Source: Promethearchaeota archaeon (lineage in GTDB: Archaea; Asgardarchaeota; Thorarchaeia; Thorarchaeales; Thorarchaeaceae). Taken from it: 64,000 nt of DNA. Made by a program: the position numbers and the translations under genes. The stretch lies in contig WJMJ01000079.1 of the NCBI GenBank assembly GCA_014728035.1, positions 108,827-172,826 of the forward strand, in the 5' to 3' direction. The notes under the pieces are model-generated. The model had not been told where the DNA came from, did not search any database, and saw only the letters and a list, made by a program, of their open reading frames with translations. Shown here piece after piece: positions 28,998-39,000 of this stretch (its first letter is position 1; every line of letters begins with the position of its first letter).

Positions 28998-31136
28998 TTA
29001 CTTCACAGGTAGAACAATACGTTCTCTGTAGTTTGGAATTTTCACCCCATCTATATTGCTTTCAAATGGAGTATGGACCATGATACGTTTTCCAGTACAT
29101 GACCTAATGTATGTTTCAAGATTTGAAGCAGAAGAGTGTGCACTCAATCTAGCATACTCTACTTTGCATTCATGAGGTTCATATCCATTGATTAAATTCC
29201 AACCTGGTGTTCGTGTTGCTAAATATCCACACATGATAATTGCTGCATTTGGATTATTTCTATGTTCATTGAAGTGATGCCTTGCTAAACCTCCTGACAT
29301 CATTCCTCCACCAGCAACAAGGATATCATCTTGCTCAAGGTACACCTTATTCTTCTTCATACTTTCCCATTTCCCTGTATAGCCTGTAAGTTTTGTAATT
29401 TTTTCAGCTAATCCAGCAACCATGACGTTTTTACTCTCGGTGATTCCTGTATTTTCAAGAAGCATCAGCATCTCCTGTGTTCTTCCGACCGCAAAGCTTG
29501 GAATGACTATGGGCCCATATGAGCCTGTTATGTTTAGAATTTGATTTGTAACAATATCGCGGCTGAAATCCTCTCGTCCCCAATAAGTGCCATCAAATAT
29601 TACCGCATCGCAATCCGTGGGCAGATTTGCACCTTCAAAGAGAACAGACTTGTCAATATTGAAGTCTCCCGTGTAGAGGATTTTTACTCCTTCGATGTCA
29701 ATGATATATGCTGCACTACCAGGGATATGACAAGCATCAATTGGTGTAGTAAGAATTCCTGGACCAATTTCTTGAGTCTTACCATACTCCAGAATAACAT
29801 GGTTCTTGAAAACACTTTCAATATTTTTCTGAGTGAATTTCGATATCAAGTCATGTTTGTCGTACTTTCGAGGTGGAAGGGGCGTTCCTACATGCATTGC
29901 GTCCTCCAATAAGAATTTTCCAATTCCTCCGGTTATTCCCACTGAACACCATTTTCCATCAAACGAGTCATAAAGGATGGGAAGCCCACCAAGATGGTCA
30001 AGATGAGAATGGCTAACTAAAACCGTATCAATCATTTCAAGTTCAGGTATCCATTCCGGAATCCTCTGATTTGCAACCGACATACCAAAATCAAGAAGGA
30101 TTCCTCCGGTATCAGTCTTAATCAATATCCCACTTCTTCCTATTCGTGGCCCTCCTAAAAAGATGATTTCAACTGTCTTTGTAGTTTTGGAATATGCTAC
30201 GGAAGGGAGAAGTTTCTTTCTCATTTTTTCAGGAATAAGTTCGAAAATTACAGGATCGATTGCTTCAGGGGGTGGAGGAGATGGAAGTTCATGAACTCTG
30301 ATTGGTAATTGGTACTTTCCATTAGTGAATCCAGTTGTTTGAAAGAATTCTTTGAGGATATCAAAAGCAGAATCTACAGACATAGTGGATTCAATTCTCT
30401 CTTGTGCATTCTCATAAGCAGTTGCCTTCAAAATCTTAAATGACTGCACCATCATTCCATCAGGTAGCCAATCATGTGATTCTTTGATTACCTCACTAAG
30501 AGTTCTATGTTGCAAAGCTTCTTTGAGATACTGTGGGTGTCGAACTACAGAATCAACAAATCGCATTCCATCGGTTTCTATGACCGATTCAATACTCTCT
30601 CCAAATTCTTCAATTATTTGTACAAAATCCCGGTGCTTCCATAGCGGTGAGCCAAGGAATCTGATCCATTCTCTGATCTGTTCCAATAATGCATCCTTGT
30701 GATAATCGTTTGCTAATACAATTACAACTATTGCTTTTTTCAGCCATGTATTAATTGGTTTTTGATCTCTGATATTGTATAGTGAATACCTGTATGCATA
30801 TCGAAATTCTTCATCGTTGTGTATTCCTAAGATAAATTTGTATAGAAGTAAAGTCATTGCTTCAAGATATTCATCTGTCTTAATTTTCAAATGAGTATCT
30901 CTAAGTATTCCATCCATTGTTTTGGCAACTTGTTTCGCATGTTCCAGATTTTCAGGTTCGATACCTGAAGCTTTTATCATTGCCCATACTATCAACTCGG
31001 GATTTTCATCAAATAGATCCTTTTTGGCAGAAATAGACTTTCCTTTGATTGTTTCCTTTGCATCTTCGAGACCGCTTTCAAAGAAATCGGACAAAATTTT
31101 GTTTGTGGTTTTTGGAACTTCTGTACTTATTTTCAT
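28998..31136 (-). CDS. MBL/beta-CASP ribonuclease (aCPSF2-like) with about 320-aa N-terminal extension
   Basis: LLDFG, SHSHLDH, CHIPGS, YTGD, DGTY, PSFAVGRTQE, SAH and VH motifs in the C-terminal part. Confidence 0.85.
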   Translation of the reverse strand: MKISTEVPKTTNKILSDFFESGLEDAKETIKGKSISAKKDLFDENPELIVWAMIKASGIEPENLEHAKQVAKTMDGILRDTHLKIKTDEYLEAMTLLLYKFILGIHNDEEFRYAYRYSLYNIRDQKPINTWLKKAIVVIVLANDYHKDALLEQIREWIRFLGSPLWKHRDFVQIIEEFGESIESVIETDGMRFVDSVVRHPQYLKEALQHRTLSEVIKESHDWLPDGMMVQSFKILKATAYENAQERIESTMSVDSAFDILKEFFQTTGFTNGKYQLPIRVHELPSPPPPEAIDPVIFELIPEKMRKKLLPSVAYSKTTKTVEIIFLGGPRIGRSGILIKTDTGGILLDFGMSVANQRIPEWIPELEMIDTVLVSHSHLDHLGGLPILYDSFDGKWCSVGITGGIGKFLLEDAMHVGTPLPPRKYDKHDLISKFTQKNIESVFKNHVILEYGKTQEIGPGILTTPIDACHIPGSAAYIIDIEGVKILYTGDFNIDKSVLFEGANLPTDCDAVIFDGTYWGREDFSRDIVTNQILNITGSYGPIVIPSFAVGRTQEMLMLLENTGITESKNVMVAGLAEKITKLTGYTGKWESMKKNKVYLEQDDILVAGGGMMSGGLARHHFNEHRNNPNAAIIMCGYLATRTPGWNLINGYEPHECKVEYARLSAHSSASNLETYIRSCTGKRIMVHTPFESNIDGVKIPNYRERIVLPVK

Positions 31137-31141
31137 CTTTT

Positions 31142-32236
31142 CTACCTCTTTTCACTTTGTTCGTTTACTCGATATATTCCCTGTCTACTATCTCTCAGTG
31201 ATATTCTCTTTGTTACCAAACCTTCCGATATTAAAATTGAGAGGGCATATCGTGCGGTTCGAGGTGGAAGTATTGACTCTGTTATTATTTCCTTTTGAGT
31301 TAGTGGTCCCTTGTATTCAAGTACTTTTAGGACTAGTTTTGCACTTGGAGGTAAATCTTGTGCTAAATCATCGAATTCTTCTGTCTTTCTGGAAAGCTTT
31401 CCTCTAAGGTCAGCAATTTTCTCTTTACTAAGTTGGACAAAAATAACATCATTTTCAGCCTTTTTTATCGTAATTGTGCCTTGTTTGACTTTTTTCCGTA
31501 ATTGCCCGTCAAGAATGGCTTCAACAGTTACTGAACAACTAATGTTTCGAATTTCAATCTCTGTGTCATTAGATACTATCGTTGGGCGATTAGCTGGATT
31601 AATGCTGTTTACTGGAATGATTGATATTACTGCGGCTGGACTTAATACTACTGGGCCTCCCACACTCAGTGAGTAAGCAGTACTACCTGTGGGCGTTGAA
31701 ACAATAATTCCATCACTTCCGTCTTTCAAAAACTGTTCTCCATTAAGGAATAAAGAATATCTGATTAGGGTAGCACTTTTTCTAGCGAAAATACCTACGT
31801 CGTTTAATGCTGTCGGGCCTTTTTGCCCATCAATTTCTATGCTAAGTCGTGATCGGGGCTCTCTACCCCAATTACCTGAAATTATGTCTTCAATTAAATA
31901 ATCGAAGTCTGAAACCGTTATATCAAATAGAAAATCTGGTTGGCCTTTTGACGCTATGGGAAGTATTGGAGTATCGGTATCTTCGAATTCAAGAAGTCTA
32001 GATAGAAGAGATTTATCTGATCCTATCACCATTAGGATATCTGCGTCTACGTTTTTTATAGAACGATATTTCCACTTGAGGGATTTAGCTGTTTCATCCT
32101 CCAGGTAGACATCAACTCCTGCATTTTGTAATATTTGAATAATTTCTTTTGTGTCTTCAAGAACTGATACCTCTGAACTAGCTGAGAGAAATATCTTCAT
32201 AATCTGTTCCTCACTGAGGGATTTCAATTTGTACAC
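31142..32236 (-). CDS. NAD-kinase-like domain fused to C-terminal winged-helix HTH
   Basis: ALND, DGIIVSTPTGSTAYSLSVGGP, LDGQ; GGDG replaced by GSDK; C-terminal LPPSAKLVLKVLEYKGPLTQKEI...RTARYALSILISEGLV...DSRQGIY. Confidence 0.88.
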   Translation of the reverse strand: MYKLKSLSEEQIMKIFLSASSEVSVLEDTKEIIQILQNAGVDVYLEDETAKSLKWKYRSIKNVDADILMVIGSDKSLLSRLLEFEDTDTPILPIASKGQPDFLFDITVSDFDYLIEDIISGNWGREPRSRLSIEIDGQKGPTALNDVGIFARKSATLIRYSLFLNGEQFLKDGSDGIIVSTPTGSTAYSLSVGGPVVLSPAAVISIIPVNSINPANRPTIVSNDTEIEIRNISCSVTVEAILDGQLRKKVKQGTITIKKAENDVIFVQLSKEKIADLRGKLSRKTEEFDDLAQDLPPSAKLVLKVLEYKGPLTQKEIITESILPPRTARYALSILISEGLVTKRISLRDSRQGIYRVNEQSEKR

Positions 32237-32291
32237 TGTTATGTAACTCTTAAATAGAGCTGATACTCGTTTTAACTCTCGAATCCGAGGT

Positions 32292-32336
32292 AGGCAATAC
32301 TTGCCTTTGGAGGTATTCTTCGGAAAACATTGCCGA
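32292..32336. promoter_or_regulatory. Two GGCAA-N3-TTGCC palindromes in the divergent NADK-HTH/nadA intergenic region
   Basis: AGGCAATACTTGCCT (32292-32306) and TCGGAAAACATTGCCGA (32320-32336). Confidence 0.55.
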
Positions 32337-32377
32337 TTGTGATTCTGTTAATAAGCCATTGACAAATTGATATGTAG

Positions 32378-33349
32378 GTGAACCTAGTGGAGAATGAACT
32401 CACCGACCTTCAAAAAAGAGTACTTGAGTTAAAAAAAGAACGTAACGCATTAATTTTAGCTCATAATTACCAAACCATGGATATCCAAGAGGTTGCTGAT
32501 TTCGTTGGTGACTCTTTGGAATTAGCAAGGAAATCCGCTGAAGTAGAAGGATACGACTTGGTTATTTTTGCTGGTGTCAAATTTATGGCCGAAATGGCAG
32601 CAGTTTTGTCTAAAGATATTCCGGTCTACATTCCAGCACCAAAAGCACTTTGCCCCCTAGCTGCTTTTGTAGATAGTGAAAAGGTACTTGAGATGAAGAA
32701 ACAACATCCTGATACCCCTGTTATTGTGTATGTAAATACTACTGCTGACACAAAATCCGAATCCGATATGCTCTGTACCTCCGGTAATGCTCCAGAAATT
32801 GTCGAATCATTAGGTGTCGACAAGGTTCTTTTCGGACCTGATAGTAACCTTGCTGAATATGTTCGTAGAAGAACAGGTATTGAGATTATTGACATTGAAC
32901 CACGAGGGCATTGTTATGTTCATAATCAATTTGATATAGCTCAAATTGAACTACTTCGTGAAGAACATCCTGATGCTGTTGTAATCGCTCACCCAGAATG
33001 TCCTCCTGAGGTTCAGGATGCTGCAGATATGGTTGGATCTACTAGTATGATGGCTAGAACAGTTGCAAATTCACCCAAGAAGAAGTTCATAATTGCTACA
33101 GAAATGGGTTTGGTTCACCAGATGCAGAAACGAAATCCGGAGAAGATTGTTATCCCTGCTTATGAAGGAGCAGTTTGCAGACAGATGAAAAAGAATACTC
33201 TAGAAAAAATTCTATACATTCTTGAAGATTTACCAGAAGACCATTTAGTAACCGTACCCGAGCATATGGTTGCTCATGTTCGAAAAATTCTTGAACAGAT
33301 GAACAAAGCACCATCAACTGTTGAAGTCTTGGTCGCAAAAACATCTTGA
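32378..33349 (+). CDS. nadA: Quinolinate synthase
   Basis: ILAHNYQ, FVGDSL, GVKFMAE, YVNT, CTSGNA, CYVH, AHPEC, GST, TEMG, CRQMK. Confidence 0.97.
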   Translation: MNLVENELTDLQKRVLELKKERNALILAHNYQTMDIQEVADFVGDSLELARKSAEVEGYDLVIFAGVKFMAEMAAVLSKDIPVYIPAPKALCPLAAFVDSEKVLEMKKQHPDTPVIVYVNTTADTKSESDMLCTSGNAPEIVESLGVDKVLFGPDSNLAEYVRRRTGIEIIDIEPRGHCYVHNQFDIAQIELLREEHPDAVVIAHPECPPEVQDAADMVGSTSMMARTVANSPKKKFIIATEMGLVHQMQKRNPEKIVIPAYEGAVCRQMKKNTLEKILYILEDLPEDHLVTVPEHMVAHVRKILEQMNKAPSTVEVLVAKTS

Positions 33350-33368
33350 CATTAGAGATTATTACGAG

Positions 33369-33980
33369 TCAGACGAAGTAGATTACACTTCGTCCCTCTA
33401 TTTTTCTTCCTGCTTTTCCCATCACTACAAGCTGTTCAAGAAGATTACTTGCACTCTTGACACTTATCCCCAACTCCCTTGCACCCTTTTGTGCAGTCAT
33501 TTGCCGTTCTCTTACAAGAAGCATTGCGATATCTTTCAATTTTTTTGGTAATTCTACAATTGCTAACGCATCAAGAGGCAATCTTGGTTTAACACTGTCA
33601 GTATATTGCAAGTCTTTTGGAATAATTTTGTCAAGTACCTCTGTAAACTTGTCAAAGATTGGGAGATTCTGTCTTCCTTCTTGGATATCTTTTCCATATC
33701 TACTGATGAAATTCAGCCCGATATAATCAATCAGATTTGCAGTTACCTCTGTTGGTCCATCTGCAATTACTACCGTTGTTACCTGCTTATGGTCCGCGAC
33801 AAAAATGAATCTTCCATCAGATTCAATTCCACGCAGGTCATCACCCATTGCTTCTTTGCTAAAACTTGACATAGCTGATACAAAGCTACTGAGAAGATAT
33901 GGGTCTGCTAGTTCGGGATCGTAGGACCTACTAAAAACACATACTCCTCCAGAAACAAGCACATAAACAGCTCGAATCAT
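33369..33980 (-). CDS. Longin-like domain plus C-terminal winged-helix protein
   Basis: MIRAVYVLVSGGVCVFSRSY...DPYLLSSFVSAMSSFS Asgard longin pattern; HTH TAQKGARELGISVKSASNLLEQLV; ATG at 33980 abuts the ATPase stop. Confidence 0.78.
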   Translation of the reverse strand: MIRAVYVLVSGGVCVFSRSYDPELADPYLLSSFVSAMSSFSKEAMGDDLRGIESDGRFIFVADHKQVTTVVIADGPTEVTANLIDYIGLNFISRYGKDIQEGRQNLPIFDKFTEVLDKIIPKDLQYTDSVKPRLPLDALAIVELPKKLKDIAMLLVRERQMTAQKGARELGISVKSASNLLEQLVVMGKAGRKIEGRSVIYFV

Positions 33981-33981
33981 T

Positions 33982-34770
33982 CTATTCACCTGGAAATTCA
34001 GCATTTTCGATTTTCTGTTCAATCTCTGAGAGCTGTTTTATGAACGGTAAATCTGGTTGAGTTAATGCTAACACTTCGCTTCCCATGCCTAATGGCACAT
34101 TGCAATAACATGGTAGAAATCCTAAGAGTTGGGTTTTATTTTCGAACATTTCCTTCACCATATCAATCATACCAGAGGAGGAAGAAGACTCTAGAAGATT
34201 TGGAACTACTTTGTTAAATAGTAGCATGGTGTTTTTGTTAAGTGGTCCATAAAGCTCATCTAGTAGGTGTGCTGTTCCATCGAAATCGAAATTGTCGATT
34301 TTGGCAACTATGATTGTAAAATCTGAAACCACAATGGTGTTTACACTGCTATAGTGTACACCTGGCGCAGAATCAAGAATAAAATAATCAAATCCTTCTT
34401 TCTCTAACTTTTGCTTCAGTACAAGTAATTGCGAGATAGCTTGCATGTGCCATTTTCTATCTTTAGCTAGTTGCTCACGGATAGCTTCTACATTCGGATC
34501 TGAGAATCCAACAAGTAATTGACCACTTAAATCAAATGACGAACCTATGTCCGTAAGAATCTCTGTGTGTTTGACTTTTTCACTGAGAAAATCATTGATA
34601 TATGCAGACCTAGCTGCTATCCCAAAAAGTGTATGAAGGCTTGGTGCCTGAAAATCTGTATCAAGAATTGCTACATCATGTCCTTTCTTTGCCATGATTG
34701 CAGCTAAATTAGCAGCAAGTGTGGTTTTTCCTGTTCCTCCTTTGTAAGAATGAATGGCAAAGGTCCGCAT
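33982..34770 (-). CDS. MinD/ParA-family ATPase
   Basis: Deviant Walker A SYKGGTGKTT, LDTDFQAPSL, DYFILDSAPG, FNKV. Confidence 0.92.
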   Translation of the reverse strand: MRTFAIHSYKGGTGKTTLAANLAAIMAKKGHDVAILDTDFQAPSLHTLFGIAARSAYINDFLSEKVKHTEILTDIGSSFDLSGQLLVGFSDPNVEAIREQLAKDRKWHMQAISQLLVLKQKLEKEGFDYFILDSAPGVHYSSVNTIVVSDFTIIVAKIDNFDFDGTAHLLDELYGPLNKNTMLLFNKVVPNLLESSSSSGMIDMVKEMFENKTQLLGFLPCYCNVPLGMGSEVLALTQPDLPFIKQLSEIEQKIENAEFPGE

Positions 34771-34842
34771 CTATTTCTCCTCTCAATTGTCCTTAATCTG
34801 TCACAATCTTCTTGTAAACAATCTCACAATTATACCTTGATA

Positions 34843-35502
34843 TTATGTATACTTGGGTTTCAATAGGGGTGGTATCTGTTTAAGACTATCTACAAGATAC
34901 CCTTTATGTCCCTCTTTCCTGAAAGCTTCTTCATTAAACATTCCTAGGATTCCAATGAAATGGCAGAAACCTATGGAGCGTTCGTAATCCTTTAACGAAT
35001 CACCCACAAATACAGCATAGTGCATATTCTGATTATGCTTTTTAGCAACATAATTGAAATGATCTGCCCCTTTCTCAAATCCTGGTCTATACCCTAGAAT
35101 TTCACTGAAATAATGTGTCAGGTTTCTCCTGTCAAAATATTCTTTGATAGTTGATTGAAATGTTGAAGATGATACATAGATGTCTAGACCCATCTTATCC
35201 AGGATTTCCAAAGTTTCAACAGTATCTGGAAACAATTCTTGTTCAAATATCCTCTCAATCTTAAGGGATTCGAATTCTTCTATTGCTTCTTCGTTTTTGG
35301 GGTTTTCTGGAAAATTCATCTTAATCTGATGCTCGTATGGTAGTCCTGTAGTAGACTGATATCGCTGCCGGGCATCGTCCTCCGGCACATTGTAATATTT
35401 CATCATAATCTCAATACCAATCTTTGCTAGAAATGGCATACTGTCTGCCAGAGTTCCATCGAAATCAAAAATTATTGCACTGCACTCTATATTTTCGGTC
35501 AT
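34843..35502 (-). CDS. HAD-family hydrolase
   Basis: FDFDGTLADS, VSS, FVGDSLKD. Confidence 0.9.
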   Translation of the reverse strand: MTENIECSAIIFDFDGTLADSMPFLAKIGIEIMMKYYNVPEDDARQRYQSTTGLPYEHQIKMNFPENPKNEEAIEEFESLKIERIFEQELFPDTVETLEILDKMGLDIYVSSSTFQSTIKEYFDRRNLTHYFSEILGYRPGFEKGADHFNYVAKKHNQNMHYAVFVGDSLKDYERSIGFCHFIGILGMFNEEAFRKEGHKGYLVDSLKQIPPLLKPKYT

Positions 35503-35566
35503 GGAGCTTCACTTAACCTTGTCCCTATTCTTGTCGAAGTTCAGCTCCTTTAGATGCTTTTGGTCT

Positions 35567-35992
35567 TTAGATTGTTATTCGATAACATTTCTCTGATGCG
35601 ACTTTTTCTTCTACAATGTGATCTGTTCTAATCAATTGGCCAAGAATTTCAATTAGTCGATTTTCTTTAAAACCTGTATCGTCAAGAAGAGTGTCAAAAG
35701 ATATTGATTCCTTTCTCCCGATGAGAGAAAATACATATTGTACCTCAGGAGAGAGTACCTTTACTGGTTTCTCACGTGGGTATACAGGATTTCCGGTCAT
35801 GAAACCAGTTAATGCGATTATTGGATTACCTATTTCAACTCCTTCTTTGGATATCTCAAATTTCCGAATAATTTTACTGTGAAATGAACCTCTGGATTTC
35901 AGAACGTTAATTGCTCTTCCAATAGCTCCCGCATATTCAATGTAGCGTAGTAGTATAAGATTATCAGCAATGAAAGATACCTTATTGCTCAT
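35567..35992 (-). pseudogene. C-terminal fragment of a KaiC-like ATPase with winged-helix tail
   Basis: SFIADNLILLRY...RAINVLKSRGSFHSK.IR.FEI is the KaiC domain C-end; no Walker A/B; in-frame TAG just upstream of VTGID. Confidence 0.6.
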
Positions 35993-36079
35993 ATCAATCC
36001 CTGTAACCTAAATCGCTTTTTGTTTGATTTGTGTAAGTTCCAATAATAAAAACTTCCAGCATTGACTCTCATAACATCT

Positions 36080-39000
36080 CTATGTATCTATATATTTTTG
36101 AATGAGTTTGCCAATTCTCGATAATCTAAGAGGTTTTTGTGCCCAAGATACTAGTCCAAGGCCCTTTAATTCTTCAATTTTTGACCCAAGGGGATATCCA
36201 GTCATAAGGATAACTTTAGCTGAAGGATTGATTACCGCTAGCTGTTTTACAAGCTCTATTCCATCCATATCTGGCATCATCATATCTGTCAAAATTATAT
36301 CGATATTATCTCTCTCTTTTTGGTAGATCTCCAGTGCTTTCCTTCCATTAGTTGCAGTATATGTTCTACAACCCAAACGTTCAAGCATTCTTGAAAGCGC
36401 TTCTAGAACAATGGGTTCATCATCAACTACCAATATAGAAACTCCATCATAGTCTGTTGTCTTGGTGGAAACGACCTTTTTCTCAACAGTTTCTTTATGA
36501 TGGACGGGTAGGTAAATGGTGAAATTAGTTCCTTTTCCGAGTTCAGTTTTCACTGTTATTGTACCATTATGCTGCTGTACAATCCCATAGACCTGAGCTA
36601 GTCCAAGCCCAGACCCTTCTGTTCTGTCTTTAGTCGTGAAAAACGGCTCGAAAATGTGTGGAAGCACAGAATCCTCAATCCCTGTTCCAGTATCAATAAT
36701 TTCCAATTGAATCCATTCATCTGCCGTGTGATTGGTTTCTTCCGGATTTTGCTCACTATTACTGAGTCTGATTATTAATTTTCCACCATCTAACATGGCA
36801 TCTCTTGCGTTTATTGAAAGATTCATGAGAATTTGATGTATCTGTGTTGGATCTGCTAAGACTTGATAATTTCCGACTTCAAATTCAGTTAGTACTCTGA
36901 TATTACTGGGAATCGATGTCTTTAGCAAATTCAATATTTCGTCAACTACTTCTCGCAGGTTAACTATTCGTTTTTCTGAAACCGATTGTCTACTGAAGTC
37001 AAGTAGTTGCTTCGTTAAGTCAGAACCCTTTTCTGCAAGTGATTGAATTGACGAGAGATCTTTCGTTATGGGTTCAGATAGAGATTGATTCATTTGTAGC
37101 AATTCAGCAAATCCCATAATACCTTGGAGTATATTTGAGAAATCGTGAGCTAGTCCCGCAGCTAATTGCCCTACAGAAGCAAGACGTTCTTGAGTATTTA
37201 CTCTTTCTTGAATTTCTCGCATAATAGTTACATCTTCAATTACTAAAGCCCATCCTCCCTTTTGTGGTCCTGTCTTAATTGATGTAGCTACTACTTCGAA
37301 TATCTTTTCAGAATCTGGTTTCTTAATTTCGATTATTCTATCATCATTAAAACTGAGAATGTCTTGAATTGGAGTTTCACCAAGTGCTGATAGTGAACTA
37401 TCTTCTCTAATTGTGCCAATATCATCAAGGTATTCTCTTGCAGTATTATTTTGGACTAGTATTCTTTCATCTGCGTCTATTAGGATAACGCCTTCAGGAA
37501 GATGTTCGATTAAACTTGCTAAACGTTCTTTTTCTGCAGTTCTTAAAGCCTGAAGCTTCTGCAAAACCATTGAGGTCTGGTTCATGCTTGTAAATAGTAA
37601 TCGAATATCCTCTTCAGAAAATTTACCTTTTTGTTCAGCTGCTAGAAGAACTAATCCAATAACATCTCTTGACTCTGGAAATATTATTGGACTACTGATG
37701 AGTGAACGTAAATCCGATATTGTTTCTTTTTTCTCAAATAGTGGAGGATTCATACGAATATGGGCAAATGGTTTCTCTGGAAGTTCTTCACCAATTTCAT
37801 CTCGAAATTTCAGATAGTTCTCTCTGAGAATTCTTTTTATTTTCTGTTCCACTTCTGATGATATAGGGTGAATTGGATTTATCATCATGAATTGTTGATC
37901 TTCGAGAATAAACAAAGATGCTGATATATCATGTGGAAATGCTCGATTTATATGTCTATGAACAATAGGCATTACCTCATCATAGCTTACTGTTTTACTC
38001 ACTTCTTGAGAGAGACTGTATAACATTTGCAATTCAGAAGATCTTCTTTGCAGTGATTTGTTGGTTTTTTCCAAAGCATTCAATGTTTTCATTCGCTCTA
38101 ACGCAATTGCTGCTAAATTAGCGAAAGTTAATCCCTTCTCAACATCATCTTTTGTAAACTCTCCTGGTTTATTACCTAGTGCTATAATTCCTTGGGTTTC
38201 ACCCTCGAGGATAACAGGGATAATTAGTACGTTTTCCAATTCTGCACATTTAACAAGAAATGATTCATTGTATTCTGAATTTTGGAGGTTGTTTTCATAG
38301 ATTGCTTCTTGTTGAATGTATAATTTCTTCCTGACTTTTTCTATTTTGATGAATTTCTCAAAAGATATAATGGATGTATTCTCACCTCTCCGAACAAGGT
38401 ATCTATCTTTTTTCATCGATTCCTCTACAGATAACATAACATTTCCCAACATTGCACCAGTTACTACTTTGCATGCTTCAAATATTACCTGTGCAATTGA
38501 TTCGAAATCAGAATGTTCAAGAACACTGTTTGCTGCCAGGAAAAGTTGATCAGAAAATAACTTCTTCTCTTTCAGTTCATCATCAGCTTTCTTCCGATCT
38601 GTAATGTTTCTTGCAATTCCCTCTATTCCGATTAGATTTCCAGATTCATCATAAATTGGAGAATTATTTTGTTCAATCCAAATGACCTTTCCATTTTTAT
38701 GAATCCATCTGATAATTAATGGATCAAAGGGAACCTCTTTTGCGAGTCTTTCAAGTTTATCTCTATCTTCAGGATGTACTATTTCCATCCCAAGCATTGG
38801 ATTATCGTAATGGTCTTGAGGTGTGTATCCAACCATTTCTGTTGATGATGGACTTACATATTCAAATTTCATCTCTGGGACTAGTCTAATACGATAAATG
38901 AGATCCTGTGCATTTTCAGCGATGAGTTGTAATTGACTCTCTGATTCTTGCAAGGCATCTTGACTTCTACGAATCTCTCTTCTTGAGTTTAATATTGGTG

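Noticed and set aside
32237-32377. NAD+ riboswitch (nadA motif) upstream of nadA
   Set aside because: The known consensus could not be matched by eye; two similar short palindromes fit a DNA operator better, though an Rfam scan would be decisive
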